From assembly GCA_037128175.1 (NCBI GenBank), contig JBAXWY010000045.1:1-24048 (forward strand): DNA of 24,048 nucleotides, in the 5' to 3' direction. Source of the stretch: Methanothrix sp. Its GTDB lineage: Archaea; Halobacteriota; Methanosarcinia; Methanotrichales; Methanotrichaceae. Position numbers and translations under genes: made by a program. Below, one piece after another: positions 7,830-16,449 of the stretch (within the stretch, counting starts at the first letter, position 1; each line of letters begins with the position of its first letter). A model generated the notes under the pieces. The model was not told the DNA's origin. It saw only the letters and a program-made list of their open reading frames with translations, and did no database searches.

Positions 7830-9350
7830 ATGTTACATAAAGATAAAAAATCGATAAGTACAAAGGCTTCGCCCTTCTGGACCATTAAAGCATTTTCGGC
7901 AATGATGTTGCTTATCATGCTGGCCTTGCCCGCTGCGGCTCATCCACCGGCCCAGGTAAGTCTTGCCTATGACAGCCAGAATCAGAGCTTAGAGGTAACA
8001 ACGACCCATACCGTATCAAATCCATCCAGCCATTATGTCTTCAAGATTGACATCCTGAAAAATGGATTGCAAGTCTTAACCAAAGAATACACAAGCCAGC
8101 CCACGTCGTCCACATTTAGCTACAACTATTCCCTAAATGCTAGCAAGGGCGACGTTCTCAAAGCTACTGCCTACTGCATCATTGCCGGTAGTAAGTCCGC
8201 CGAGATCACAGTTGAGGACGCAAAGCTGGTAGTGCAGCAGGCAGGAGCTGTGAATGCAACTTACGGGAAGCCATCGCTCCCTTTGGACCTGATCAAGCTA
8301 CCACCAGGCTTTAAGATCGAGATCTATGCCGAGAATCTGACTTACGCCAGATCAATGACCTTGAGCCCCGAGGGAACGCTCTATGTAGGCACGCGCCGCC
8401 CATTTGAGACCCTTGATTCTCCCAATGGCTCCGCTCTTTATGCCATTGTAGATAAGAATAATAACCACCATGCTGAGGCAAGCGAGATCTATGTCATTGC
8501 ACAAGGCCTGAACAATCCCAATGGCGTGGCCTTCAAGGATGGATCTCTTTACGTGGCACAGATCAACCGCATCATCAGATTCGATGATGTCGAGGCCCAG
8601 TTGGCCAGCCCGAAAGAGCCAGTCGTGGTTATGGAGCTACCCCAGTACCTTATGCACGGCTGGCGGTACATCGGCTTCGGCCCGGATGGAAAGCTCTACG
8701 TGGCCATGGGGGCGAACTGCAACGTCTGCCAACATGATGATGAGCTGAATGCCACCATTGTGCGCATGAACCCGGATGGCAGCGATATGGAGATCTTTGC
8801 CAAGGGCGTTAGAAACTCGGTGGGCTTTGACTGGGACCCGGCAACAGGAGAGCTATGGTTTACCGACAACGGCAGAGACCTGCTGGGCAATGATGTGCCC
8901 TCGGACGAACTGAACCATGCGCCGGTGAAGGGCCTGAACTTCGGCTTCCCCACCTGCCACTCAGGCAGCATTCCTGACCCGGATCTGGGCTCAGATAAGA
9001 ATTACACCTGCAACACAATGGTTCCGCCATCCTGGATGATGGGGCCGCATGTTGCGCCTTTGGGAATGAGATTTTACACAGGCACACAGTTCCCGGAGGA
9101 GTACCGCGGCCAGATATTCATCGCCGAGCATGGCTCCTGGAACAGGGACGCACCCATCGGCTACCGTTTGGCGCTGGTTCGTCTGCAGAACAATACTGCT
9201 GTCGGCCATGAGGTATTCGCAGAAGGCTGGCTGCAAAATAAAACTGCCTGGGGAAGACCCGTTGATATGCAGACTCTAAAAGACGGATCAATGCTGGTAT
9301 CCGATGATATGAACGGTGTCATCTACCGGATCAGCTACAACTCGTCTTGA
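7830..9350 (+). CDS. Secreted PQQ-dependent sugar/sorbosone dehydrogenase family beta-propeller with an extra N-terminal His/Cys-containing Ig-like domain
   Basis: Signal peptide ending LALPAAA|HPP; IKLPPGFKIEIYA, HGWRYIGFGPDGKLY, GVRNSVGFDW, DNGRD, EHGSWNR, GRPVD and LVSDD motifs. Confidence 0.88.
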   Translation: MLHKDKKSISTKASPFWTIKAFSAMMLLIMLALPAAAHPPAQVSLAYDSQNQSLEVTTTHTVSNPSSHYVFKIDILKNGLQVLTKEYTSQPTSSTFSYNYSLNASKGDVLKATAYCIIAGSKSAEITVEDAKLVVQQAGAVNATYGKPSLPLDLIKLPPGFKIEIYAENLTYARSMTLSPEGTLYVGTRRPFETLDSPNGSALYAIVDKNNNHHAEASEIYVIAQGLNNPNGVAFKDGSLYVAQINRIIRFDDVEAQLASPKEPVVVMELPQYLMHGWRYIGFGPDGKLYVAMGANCNVCQHDDELNATIVRMNPDGSDMEIFAKGVRNSVGFDWDPATGELWFTDNGRDLLGNDVPSDELNHAPVKGLNFGFPTCHSGSIPDPDLGSDKNYTCNTMVPPSWMMGPHVAPLGMRFYTGTQFPEEYRGQIFIAEHGSWNRDAPIGYRLALVRLQNNTAVGHEVFAEGWLQNKTAWGRPVDMQTLKDGSMLVSDDMNGVIYRISYNSS

Positions 9351-9398
9351 AGATAAGATCCGGCACCAGTTAGGATCTTATCTTATTTTTCTTTTTTT
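9350..9398 (+). terminator. Hairpin plus T-tract terminator
   Basis: Perfect 12-bp inverted repeat AAGATAAGATCC (9350-9361) / GGATCTTATCTT (9373-9384), then TTTTTCTTTTTTT; lies between convergent genes. Confidence 0.8.
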
Positions 9399-9440
9399 CC
9401 GGTTTTGCTTCACATTCAGTTACTATTATCTTCTTTTTCA

Positions 9441-10109
9441 TCAACAATAGCTGGAGGACTTCTGCCCGAGGTCCGCCAGCCGGGATAGGAAAGAGCCCAT
9501 CCCTATTCTACGGAAACAGGCCTCACCCCCCAAATCCTCTGCCTTCCTGGCACTCCTGCGCTCCAGAACCAGGAGAACCAGGCAGCCCACAATGCAGAGC
9601 AGCCCGGCCAGCATGAAGGTGATGGAAAAGCCCATCTGACTAGCCACTGCTGCACCTGCTGCGCCCGTGGCCGCGGTCCCCATGCCTGTGGAAGTATGGT
9701 AAATGGACCACTGGAAGCTTTCCCTGCCCCGGTCCAGATTCACGGACCACAGGCCAAGCCAGGTGGGATAGGCCAGGCCGCTGCCCAATCCATAAACCAC
9801 CTCTGCCAGGTAAATCTGATAGATGCTGTTTGCCGAGAGGTAGATTATTGGAACGCTGGCCATGAGCAGCGTTCCCAAGATCAGCCACCTCTCTTTCCCG
9901 GCATGGCTGTCCACATAATGCCCAAAGGGCAGTTGCACCAACGACTTGGTGAGCATGAAGAGGGCGCTCGCCATGCCTGCAGTAATCATCGTCCCTCCGG
10001 TCACACCGCCATCGTTAATGTAAATGGCCAATATGGGCTGGATCAGCCCAAATCCCGTCAGAACGAATATGTCCGAGAGCAGGAGCAGTTTCATTGTGCG
10101 ATTCATCAT
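9441..10109 (-). CDS. Half-size (about 6 TM) MFS-type transporter
   Basis: MFS motif A-like GHYVDSHAGKE after TM2; about six hydrophobic segments; RBS GGAGGTGA upstream. Confidence 0.8.
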   Translation of the reverse strand: MMNRTMKLLLLSDIFVLTGFGLIQPILAIYINDGGVTGGTMITAGMASALFMLTKSLVQLPFGHYVDSHAGKERWLILGTLLMASVPIIYLSANSIYQIYLAEVVYGLGSGLAYPTWLGLWSVNLDRGRESFQWSIYHTSTGMGTAATGAAGAAVASQMGFSITFMLAGLLCIVGCLVLLVLERRSARKAEDLGGEACFRRIGMGSFLSRLADLGQKSSSYC

Positions 10110-10470
10110 AGCGAGTCACCTCCTAATTTCATAATATCTTTTTTATAATACTATTTGACGAAAATATCAATAACACGAATTCGCATATTGAAAAGATTGT
10201 CAAAGGCCAAAGCTAGAAAAATGTCCGTTCTAAACCAGATTTTAGAGTGATGCAGTAGACAGTTATGCTTAGCTTCATTAACTAGTTGTTGGGTTGAGAG
10301 CCTATATAAACCTATCTGTCAGCAGGACTATGCTAATCAGTATCATGCGATGCTCCAGGCAGCTGACCCTGAAAAATAAGGATGCTAAAGCCTCCCGGAT
10401 GAAAAAATGACGGAAAGAAAGCCGAAAAGCACCGTAACAACTGCGCACGGATAAGGAATAAATATGAATC

Positions 10471-10737
10471 TTGGCAATAGAGAAAATTGTGTACAAACAG
10501 ATAGAACAGGCCCTGGAGAAGATCGACTCATCCAGCAAGCCGAATCAAGAAAAGATCAAATCCATCTTAAAAAGATATGCGATGAACGAGATTTGCCTTG
10601 ACGAGGCTTACTACGATCTTTTAGAGGATGGGCTGATCCCCATGCCCCAAAGGTGCGGCATGTCCGCCAAGATTCCCGTCACAGAAGAAGACGAGAAAAG
10701 GCTCAAAGAGAAGATCAAAAACAAGTTTCCGGATTAA
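10471..10737 (+). CDS. Hypothetical protein (88 aa, helical, LIPMPQRCGM motif)
   Basis: TTG-start ORF with K/E-rich, protein-like composition filling an intergenic gap. Confidence 0.7.
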   Translation: MAIEKIVYKQIEQALEKIDSSSKPNQEKIKSILKRYAMNEICLDEAYYDLLEDGLIPMPQRCGMSAKIPVTEEDEKRLKEKIKNKFPD

Positions 10738-10796
10738 GCCGGACACTGCATTTTTCAGGCAGGTAGGCAAGTAGAAAAAGAGGCTGATGATCCGTG

Positions 10797-10967
10797 ATGG
10801 AAAAAAGTGACGCTATGAAGCAGCAGGAAAAGATGACAGAAGAAATCCTGAAGCATAGACCTAAACATGCCAGAGAAGGCGGCCCCATACAACCCATCCA
10901 TGGTCTCATATTTCTGGCCTTGCTATTTGTATTGATTGTAGTAGTAGGTTATCTAATTCATGGATAG
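10797..10967 (+). CDS. Small single-pass membrane protein (56 aa), absent from the ORF track
   Basis: MEKSDAMKQQEKMTEEILKHRPKHAREGGPIQPIHGLIFLALLFVLIVVVGYLIHG*; GAGGCTGA upstream; co-directional between flanking plus-strand genes. Confidence 0.72.
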   Translation: MEKSDAMKQQEKMTEEILKHRPKHAREGGPIQPIHGLIFLALLFVLIVVVGYLIHG

Positions 10968-11021
10968 CCCATACTATTTGCATCAACAAAGAGATATAGT
11001 CGGCACGTACAACCATTTTGC

Positions 11022-11672
11022 ATGAGCATTTTTGGCCGCATCAGCTCCATCGAGCTGAGGGATCTGCTTTTATCGCTGGTAGCTCTGGTTGTTGCCTTTT
11101 GTGTGCTGATGAACGGGAAGAGAATTCCCGGTTTGGAGACGATCCTCATCATCATGGTGGGCGTAGGCACAGGCTTTTTGCTGCACGAGATGGCACATAA
11201 GTTCGTAGCACTGCACTTTGGTTACTTTGCTGAGTACAGAGCCAACCGGATGGGGCTTATTATCGCCGTAGCCGCGTCCTTTGCCGGATTCATCTTCGCG
11301 GCACCGGGAGCAGTGATGATAAGCAAGCCCAATGCACCGCAGGAATTCTATATGCAGGATCCCTATGGCCAGGAGGAGCTGAAAAGAGAGATAAAAAAGG
11401 AGACTCTCTGGATATCGCTGGCCGGGCCCATGACCAACATCGTATTAGTGATATTCTTCTTCCTGGTGGGATTCTTTGGCCCATCAGGCGGCATTGCCGC
11501 TCAGGCAGCCAACTTCGCCCTGATTATCAACCTCACTTTAGCGGCCTTCAACTTGCTTCCCTTCGGCCCCCTGGACGGCAAGAAGATCTTTGACAGCAAC
11601 CGCACCGTGTGGCTGCTGGTGGGCTTGCCTACAATTCTGCTGGCGTTGCCGGTCTATTTTGGCATGATATAA
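11022..11672 (+). CDS. Site-2 protease family (peptidase M50) membrane zinc metalloprotease
   Basis: HEMAH zinc motif, AGPMTN and FNLLPFGPLDG (NxxPxxxLDG). Confidence 0.93.
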   Translation: MSIFGRISSIELRDLLLSLVALVVAFCVLMNGKRIPGLETILIIMVGVGTGFLLHEMAHKFVALHFGYFAEYRANRMGLIIAVAASFAGFIFAAPGAVMISKPNAPQEFYMQDPYGQEELKREIKKETLWISLAGPMTNIVLVIFFFLVGFFGPSGGIAAQAANFALIINLTLAAFNLLPFGPLDGKKIFDSNRTVWLLVGLPTILLALPVYFGMI

Positions 11673-11736
11673 TTCTTGAGGAGCAACTATATTTATTTCC
11701 TGAACAGCAACGGAATGCAAGGGATGTGAAAGACAG

Positions 11737-11967
11737 ATGTCTAAAGAAGAAACCATGGAAGAGATAGCGGAGACACTTGCCTCCATCAACGATAGCCTGG
11801 AAGGAATCAATGCAGAGCTTGAGGATATCTGCATGTCGAGCAAGATGCTGATATTCTTCAAGATGATTGAACTCCGGCCAGAGATGAAGGAGAAGCTCGG
11901 GCCTTTGATCGATGACCTGGCTGAGTCTATGGATTTGGGCATGGGTGAAGAACCAGAAAAGGAATGA
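11737..11967 (+). CDS. Small acidic hypothetical protein (predicted helical)
   Basis: 76-aa ORF with heptad-like pattern, followed by a terminator-like hairpin. Confidence 0.72.
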   Translation: MSKEETMEEIAETLASINDSLEGINAELEDICMSSKMLIFFKMIELRPEMKEKLGPLIDDLAESMDLGMGEEPEKE

Positions 11968-11975
11968 ATGCCAAG

Positions 11976-12020
11976 GGCGGACCTTGGGGCAAAGGTCGCC
12001 TTTTATAAAAAATTTTTTTA
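11976..12020. terminator. Probable bidirectional terminator
   Basis: Imperfect hairpin GGCGGACCTT...AAGGTCGCC, then TTTTATAAAAAATTTTTTT; between convergent genes. Confidence 0.55.
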
Positions 12021-12064
12021 AATCTTCTTTGCGGTTAGGTAGCAAGGAGAAGAGCAGCTAATTA

Positions 12065-12520
12065 TCAAGCTCCGCAGCCTCCGCCACAGCCTCCTCCGCC
12101 AGCCGTCGAGGTTGTGCTGCCCCTCGACCCGGAGATGGGATACATGATGTTTGTATATCCGGCCAGGTTCTTGTTTGTCCTATCTCTGGAATAACCGGAT
12201 AGATCAAGAATCTTTTTGCCGGAAGACTGGGAAGTGCCGGCGCCGGGCACCACAATTGATGGTCCGACCAGAGAAGAATTGTCCATTGAGGTACCATTAA
12301 TCGAGCTGTTATTCAATGAAGAGTTATTTGTTGGTACCTGGATGGCCTGAGACCCGCCCAGGACCGGCACGGCTTTTCCGCTGGAGGCAGAAGATGCCGC
12401 CAGATTCAGATCACCCATATACACCATTCCTCCGCCCGGTGACCACTGGGCAGAGGCATTAAAGGCCAGGGCAATGAACATGACACCCAGAGCCAAGGCC
12501 GCATATTTTGCAGATAACAT
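12065..12520 (-). CDS. Secreted low-complexity hypothetical protein with C-terminal GGGGGCGGGCGA tail
   Basis: Signal peptide ending ASA|Q; Ser/Asn/Gly-rich linker with NxS/T sequons; Gly-Cys C-terminus. Confidence 0.78.
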   Translation of the reverse strand: MLSAKYAALALGVMFIALAFNASAQWSPGGGMVYMGDLNLAASSASSGKAVPVLGGSQAIQVPTNNSSLNNSSINGTSMDNSSLVGPSIVVPGAGTSQSSGKKILDLSGYSRDRTNKNLAGYTNIMYPISGSRGSTTSTAGGGGCGGGCGA

Positions 12521-12569
12521 AAGTATTGAATCCCCTAGATTGGAATATATTCTGATTCGAAAGATGCTC

Positions 12570-12607
12570 TTAAAAAATAAGGGTTATGTGCCCGCTCCGG
12601 GGCACAT
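12570..12607 (-). terminator. Terminator of the cdh operon
   Basis: Inverted repeat ATGTGCCC (12586-12593) / GGGCACAT (12600-12607), then a T6 run on the minus strand; about 25 nt after the cdhE stop. Confidence 0.65.
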
Positions 12608-12631
12608 GACTTCGCATTTCTGTCAACGGCT

Positions 12632-14047
12632 TTACTTCTTGGGTGGCCAGAAATCCTTCATCCAGCCGATGATGCGGCCGGAGTCTTCTGGGCCGACCAT
12701 GATCTTGGTCTTGCCTGCGAAGAGGTCCTCCAGCTCGCCGGAGAACTTGGCAGCCATTCCGGGCAGAACCATTGCAGGATACTTCTGGTCCTCCCACTTG
12801 AAGGCAGCCTCGTTGAAGGAATCCAGGATCTTGGTCGGGCTCAACTGGCCGCCGGCTACAGACGCCTGCACGCCGATTCCGTCGGTATTGATGGCAATGA
12901 TGTAGGCATCGATACCATTGGAGGCGATATCCGACTCTACTGTGTAGTAGGTCAGGGCAAAGTTCGTGGTCAAGAAGACCGGGGACTCAGGCCCTGGCTT
13001 GCCAACCTTGTAGATGCCGGGCTTGACCTGCACGGGCGTCCTCGGATCGGTGTAGATGTTGAAGCGCAGATGCATATCCGGCATCATGCTGTGAGCCTCA
13101 AGCGAGTGCTTGATCATGATGGCTCCGCCGCGAATGGTGAAGGCAGCGGTGAGCACAGACTCCCAGTAGGAAGCTCGAACTGGATCATCAGTGGTCAGCC
13201 AGGCGTTGATGGGCAGCACCATGACTGGATAGGCGATATCCCTCTGGGCTTCTTCAACAGCGGCTCTTCGGAGGTTAATGAAGTTGAGCAAGGTCTGCTG
13301 CAGCAATTTGCCGTTGGGTGCAGTTCCTGGGTCTAAGATGAGATTGGTGAGACCCATGCCGGCAAAGGTGACGGCCATGGACTTCAAGCCATCCAGATCG
13401 AAGGGCACGCTGAGGGTCACTGGCACCTTATAGTCAAAGGCGAGCTGTGCGACCTCCTTCCAGTTGTCCTTGTTGGCGGCGTAGATGAGGGGATTGACCT
13501 TGGCGGCGACCTCAAGTCCAGCCTTAAGAACGGCAGGATTAAAGGAGCAGAGGATGAGCGGGAAGTCCGAATTAGCCATGACTGTCTTGACGCAGGCTGC
13601 GAACTTAGCCGGGTCGTCACTCACAGAGCGGACTGCAATCATCTCTACGTTTTGCCACTTGCCGATGTAGAACTTGCGCCAGGTAGAGATCTTCTTGACG
13701 CGCTCTACAAGCTTTGCCTCTTCCATGTTGTCGGCTACATCGTAGGCAAATGGTGGCTTGTTGAAGAAGGTCATCTGGTGGCGGAACATGACGTCCTCGC
13801 CGCCGACCTTGACCTGCTTTTCTCCGACGCCGATGTATACCATCTTAAGTTCAGGAGCGACGATGCTCCTCAGAGTCTCAAGCTTCTTGGCGTACTTCTC
13901 CTCATCTACCAGTGGAGTGCACTCCTCTACCTTCCTGGTCCTGGATATCAGGCCAGCGGCATAGGCCATGCAGGTCTCCTCTCCGCACTTCTTACAGTTG
14001 GTCTGTGGAAGCTGCTTGTAAAGGTTAAGCGGGCTAGTTTCCTTCAT
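12632..14047 (-). CDS. cdhE: ACDS gamma subunit (corrinoid iron-sulfur protein large subunit)
   Basis: LPQTNCKKCGEETCMAYA...C [4Fe-4S] motif, IYTDPR, TTNFALTYYTV and VGPEDS. Confidence 0.97.
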   Translation of the reverse strand: MKETSPLNLYKQLPQTNCKKCGEETCMAYAAGLISRTRKVEECTPLVDEEKYAKKLETLRSIVAPELKMVYIGVGEKQVKVGGEDVMFRHQMTFFNKPPFAYDVADNMEEAKLVERVKKISTWRKFYIGKWQNVEMIAVRSVSDDPAKFAACVKTVMANSDFPLILCSFNPAVLKAGLEVAAKVNPLIYAANKDNWKEVAQLAFDYKVPVTLSVPFDLDGLKSMAVTFAGMGLTNLILDPGTAPNGKLLQQTLLNFINLRRAAVEEAQRDIAYPVMVLPINAWLTTDDPVRASYWESVLTAAFTIRGGAIMIKHSLEAHSMMPDMHLRFNIYTDPRTPVQVKPGIYKVGKPGPESPVFLTTNFALTYYTVESDIASNGIDAYIIAINTDGIGVQASVAGGQLSPTKILDSFNEAAFKWEDQKYPAMVLPGMAAKFSGELEDLFAGKTKIMVGPEDSGRIIGWMKDFWPPKK

Positions 14048-14053
14048 TGTCTC

Positions 14054-15406
14054 TCACACCCCCATCTTGAGCCAGGCGGCAGTATCGGGCGTCTTAGCCT
14101 CAATTCTTCCCATCAGGGACTGAGTGATCTCATGCACATAGGCAACAGCCGTTGGGTGCATCATCATGAAGATGTCCACACCGGCCATGGCCAGAGAGTA
14201 TCCGGTCAAAATCTCCCAGATTGGGCCTCTAAGCATGCGGTCTCCCCAGTCGGAGTCGTCCTTGTTGGGTGAGCGGACCATCCAGGACTCTCTGACACCC
14301 CAGGCGTTGGTGGTGCCGGAGGACATGGGGAAGGTCAGCTCTTCGTCGCCCTTCAGAGCGCCGAGGCGAATTCTCTCCATGTTGGAGTAGGCGAAGTCCA
14401 GGCCGTAAGCGAGCGCGGCGGTGGTTGGGTCCATGACGATGGACTCGCGGGGAACGCCGGCGACCTTCATGAGCTTCCGATTCAGCTCCTTCTGAGAGTT
14501 AATCTCAAGCTGTGTCCAGGCCAGGCACACATGTCCGTTGTCCACACAGGCCTTGCCTATCTTCTCCCAATCCATGTTCAGGTTGGCGGAGGCGATGAGA
14601 ACGCGCTCGCCCTGGGCAGCTTCTGCCGCCTTGGAGAGCACTATTGGGTCCTTGGTGGGGTTGCCGGATCCGCCGATACAGATTGGCACATCCACAGCCT
14701 GAAGAACCTCTTCCACCGTCTTGACTGCCTCTTGAGCAGAGGTGTCCTTGAGGAGCGGATCAGTGCTGATCAGGTGAACGGTGACCATGTCGGCGCCGTA
14801 CTTCTTGACGGCTTTCTTGGCCCATTCGCCTGGGGAGTTGATGACGTCCTCATAGTGCACCTTGACGGCCTTGGCCATGCCGATGGGCATGTCGAAGACG
14901 TCCATGGTGATCTTGGGGGCATGAGGCATGGCTGCATCCGGGAAGAAAGGCATAGCCTTCTCGCCGCCCAGCTTGACCACATGACCGCGGCTTCCGCCGT
15001 TTGCTTTGGTAGCGCCCAGTGTGACCTCCTGGATGGTGTTCCTCCAGGTCTTGTCTACGCCGACGGCAAACTTGGCGCTCGCCAAGGTTGATGCCACCCT
15101 AAAGGCCGGCACAGCCGCAGCCAGAGCTGCCAGATCCTTAGGAGCCGGAGAAATTGCCTGCGCGATAGCTACCGGCTGGAGCAGATTCTCTACGGGATAG
15201 CCTACCGCCTTGGCGAAGTTCATGAGCTGCATGGCGATCTTGGCCGCCTCTTGTCCGAAATAGTATGCAAACAGGGGGCCTACGCCGCCAGCACCTGCAT
15301 CTATCTCTATCTCTACATCACCCTCGATCTTTAATCCCTCGAGGGATTGAACATTCATTTCTGCTAATGTCTTATTAAGGTCAGATAAAGAGATCTTCTC
15401 TGCCAT
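14054..15406 (-). CDS. cdhD: ACDS delta subunit (CFeSP small subunit) with N-terminal extension
   Basis: [38 protein letters not shown] and MMMHP motifs. Confidence 0.97.
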   Translation of the reverse strand: MAEKISLSDLNKTLAEMNVQSLEGLKIEGDVEIEIDAGAGGVGPLFAYYFGQEAAKIAMQLMNFAKAVGYPVENLLQPVAIAQAISPAPKDLAALAAAVPAFRVASTLASAKFAVGVDKTWRNTIQEVTLGATKANGGSRGHVVKLGGEKAMPFFPDAAMPHAPKITMDVFDMPIGMAKAVKVHYEDVINSPGEWAKKAVKKYGADMVTVHLISTDPLLKDTSAQEAVKTVEEVLQAVDVPICIGGSGNPTKDPIVLSKAAEAAQGERVLIASANLNMDWEKIGKACVDNGHVCLAWTQLEINSQKELNRKLMKVAGVPRESIVMDPTTAALAYGLDFAYSNMERIRLGALKGDEELTFPMSSGTTNAWGVRESWMVRSPNKDDSDWGDRMLRGPIWEILTGYSLAMAGVDIFMMMHPTAVAYVHEITQSLMGRIEAKTPDTAAWLKMGV

Positions 15407-15417
15407 TCAAATCACCC

Positions 15418-16179
15418 TCACAGGCCCAGTTTCCCGACGATCTGCGCCATTTCTTGTACTGCAGGCGATTCATCGGGAAGGCCCATCAATGGATCTCCCA
15501 CTAAATCGAATTTGGCTAAGCTTTCATCATGGGGAATAGTGCCGATAACCAACAGGCCGATGCCTTTAGCATTCTCGAGAACCTTATCCTTGCTTCCCGC
15601 GGTGACCTTGTTCACGATCACATAGAGATTTTTATATTGTAGCTCAATCTCGCGGGCAGTGTCACGTATGCGCTCGCCCGTGGTAAGCCCTCTTCTGGAC
15701 TCATCCGTCACCACGATAAGATCGTCGAGGTCGGGAATGGTCTTCCTGCTGAAATGCTCCAGGCCCGCCGGCGTGTCAATGATGATCAGATCGTAGCTGG
15801 CCGTGGTCTTATCCATAACGGCACGCAGAAGATTGTTGACAAAACAGTAACACCCAGATCCTTCCGGCTTGCCCATGACAAGAAGATCATAGCCCTCCTC
15901 CTCCAAGAGAATCTCGAAGAGCTTGGCCTCAAGAAGCGCCTGCTTGTCCGTATCCGGTGAAGCTGTGAACCGGGACTGCTGCACGAACTCCCTCATGTCG
16001 CCAATGGTCTTCCCCGCCTTTGCGCCCAGCGCATCAGCCAGGTTGGCGTCAGGATCGGCGTCAATTGCAAGTATTCGGTATTTTTTTCCGGAATTCTTTA
16101 CAAGGTATCTAATAAGCATCGCGGTCACCGCTGTCTTGCCGGTGCCGCCCTTACCGGTTACCGCTATTACTTTCCCCAA
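15418..16179 (-). CDS. cooC: CooC/AcsF-type nickel-insertion ATPase
   Basis: GKGGTGKT deviant Walker A, IDADPD, GCYC nickel motif and AGLEHFSR; TTG start; inside the cdh operon. Confidence 0.92.
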   Translation of the reverse strand: MGKVIAVTGKGGTGKTAVTAMLIRYLVKNSGKKYRILAIDADPDANLADALGAKAGKTIGDMREFVQQSRFTASPDTDKQALLEAKLFEILLEEEGYDLLVMGKPEGSGCYCFVNNLLRAVMDKTTASYDLIIIDTPAGLEHFSRKTIPDLDDLIVVTDESRRGLTTGERIRDTAREIELQYKNLYVIVNKVTAGSKDKVLENAKGIGLLVIGTIPHDESLAKFDLVGDPLMGLPDESPAVQEMAQIVGKLGL

Positions 16180-16193
16180 TGTCTAGCCATCCC

Positions 16194-16367
16194 CTATTTT
16201 TTCCTTATGATAACTTCCGCTACGTGGATGGATGCGCCTCTAAGCTCAATGGTCATTCCACCCGATGATGCTGCTGGCATAGCGAAAGCCGGAGCTGCTG
16301 CGCCTGCTGCTGCCGCAGGTGCGGCCGCGGCTGGAGCGTCTTCTTTTTTCTTAAGCTTAAGCTGCAT
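16194..16367 (-). CDS. ACDS-operon microprotein 2 (57 aa), CdhC C-terminal-tail-like
   Basis: MQLKLKKKEDAPAAAAPAAAAGAAAPAFAMPAASSGGMTIELRGASIHVAEVIIRKK*; RBS GAGGGAG; start set to 16367 by alignment with its paralog. Confidence 0.85.
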   Translation of the reverse strand: MQLKLKKKEDAPAAAAPAAAAGAAAPAFAMPAASSGGMTIELRGASIHVAEVIIRKK

Positions 16368-16411
16368 GAATATCTCCCTCACTTTATACTTATACGATAG
16401 CATTCGCCTCG

Positions 16412-16448
16412 TAAAATCTGCCTCTCCCAAAAAAGGAGATAGGCAGAC
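16412..16448 (-). terminator. Intra-operon stem-loop (partial terminator or RNA-stability element)
   Basis: Minus strand GTCTGCCTATCTCC-TTTTTTG-GGAGAGGCAGA-TTTT immediately after the microprotein 1 stop. Confidence 0.6.
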
Positions 16449-16449
16449 T

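Noticed and set aside
10302-10909. Minus-strand ORFs 10302-10538 and 10715-10909
   Set aside because: Overlap better supported plus-strand genes and have non-protein-like composition
16368-16430. Longer 78-aa version of microprotein 2
   Set aside because: The extension starts inside the stem-loop; RBS and paralog alignment support ATG 16367
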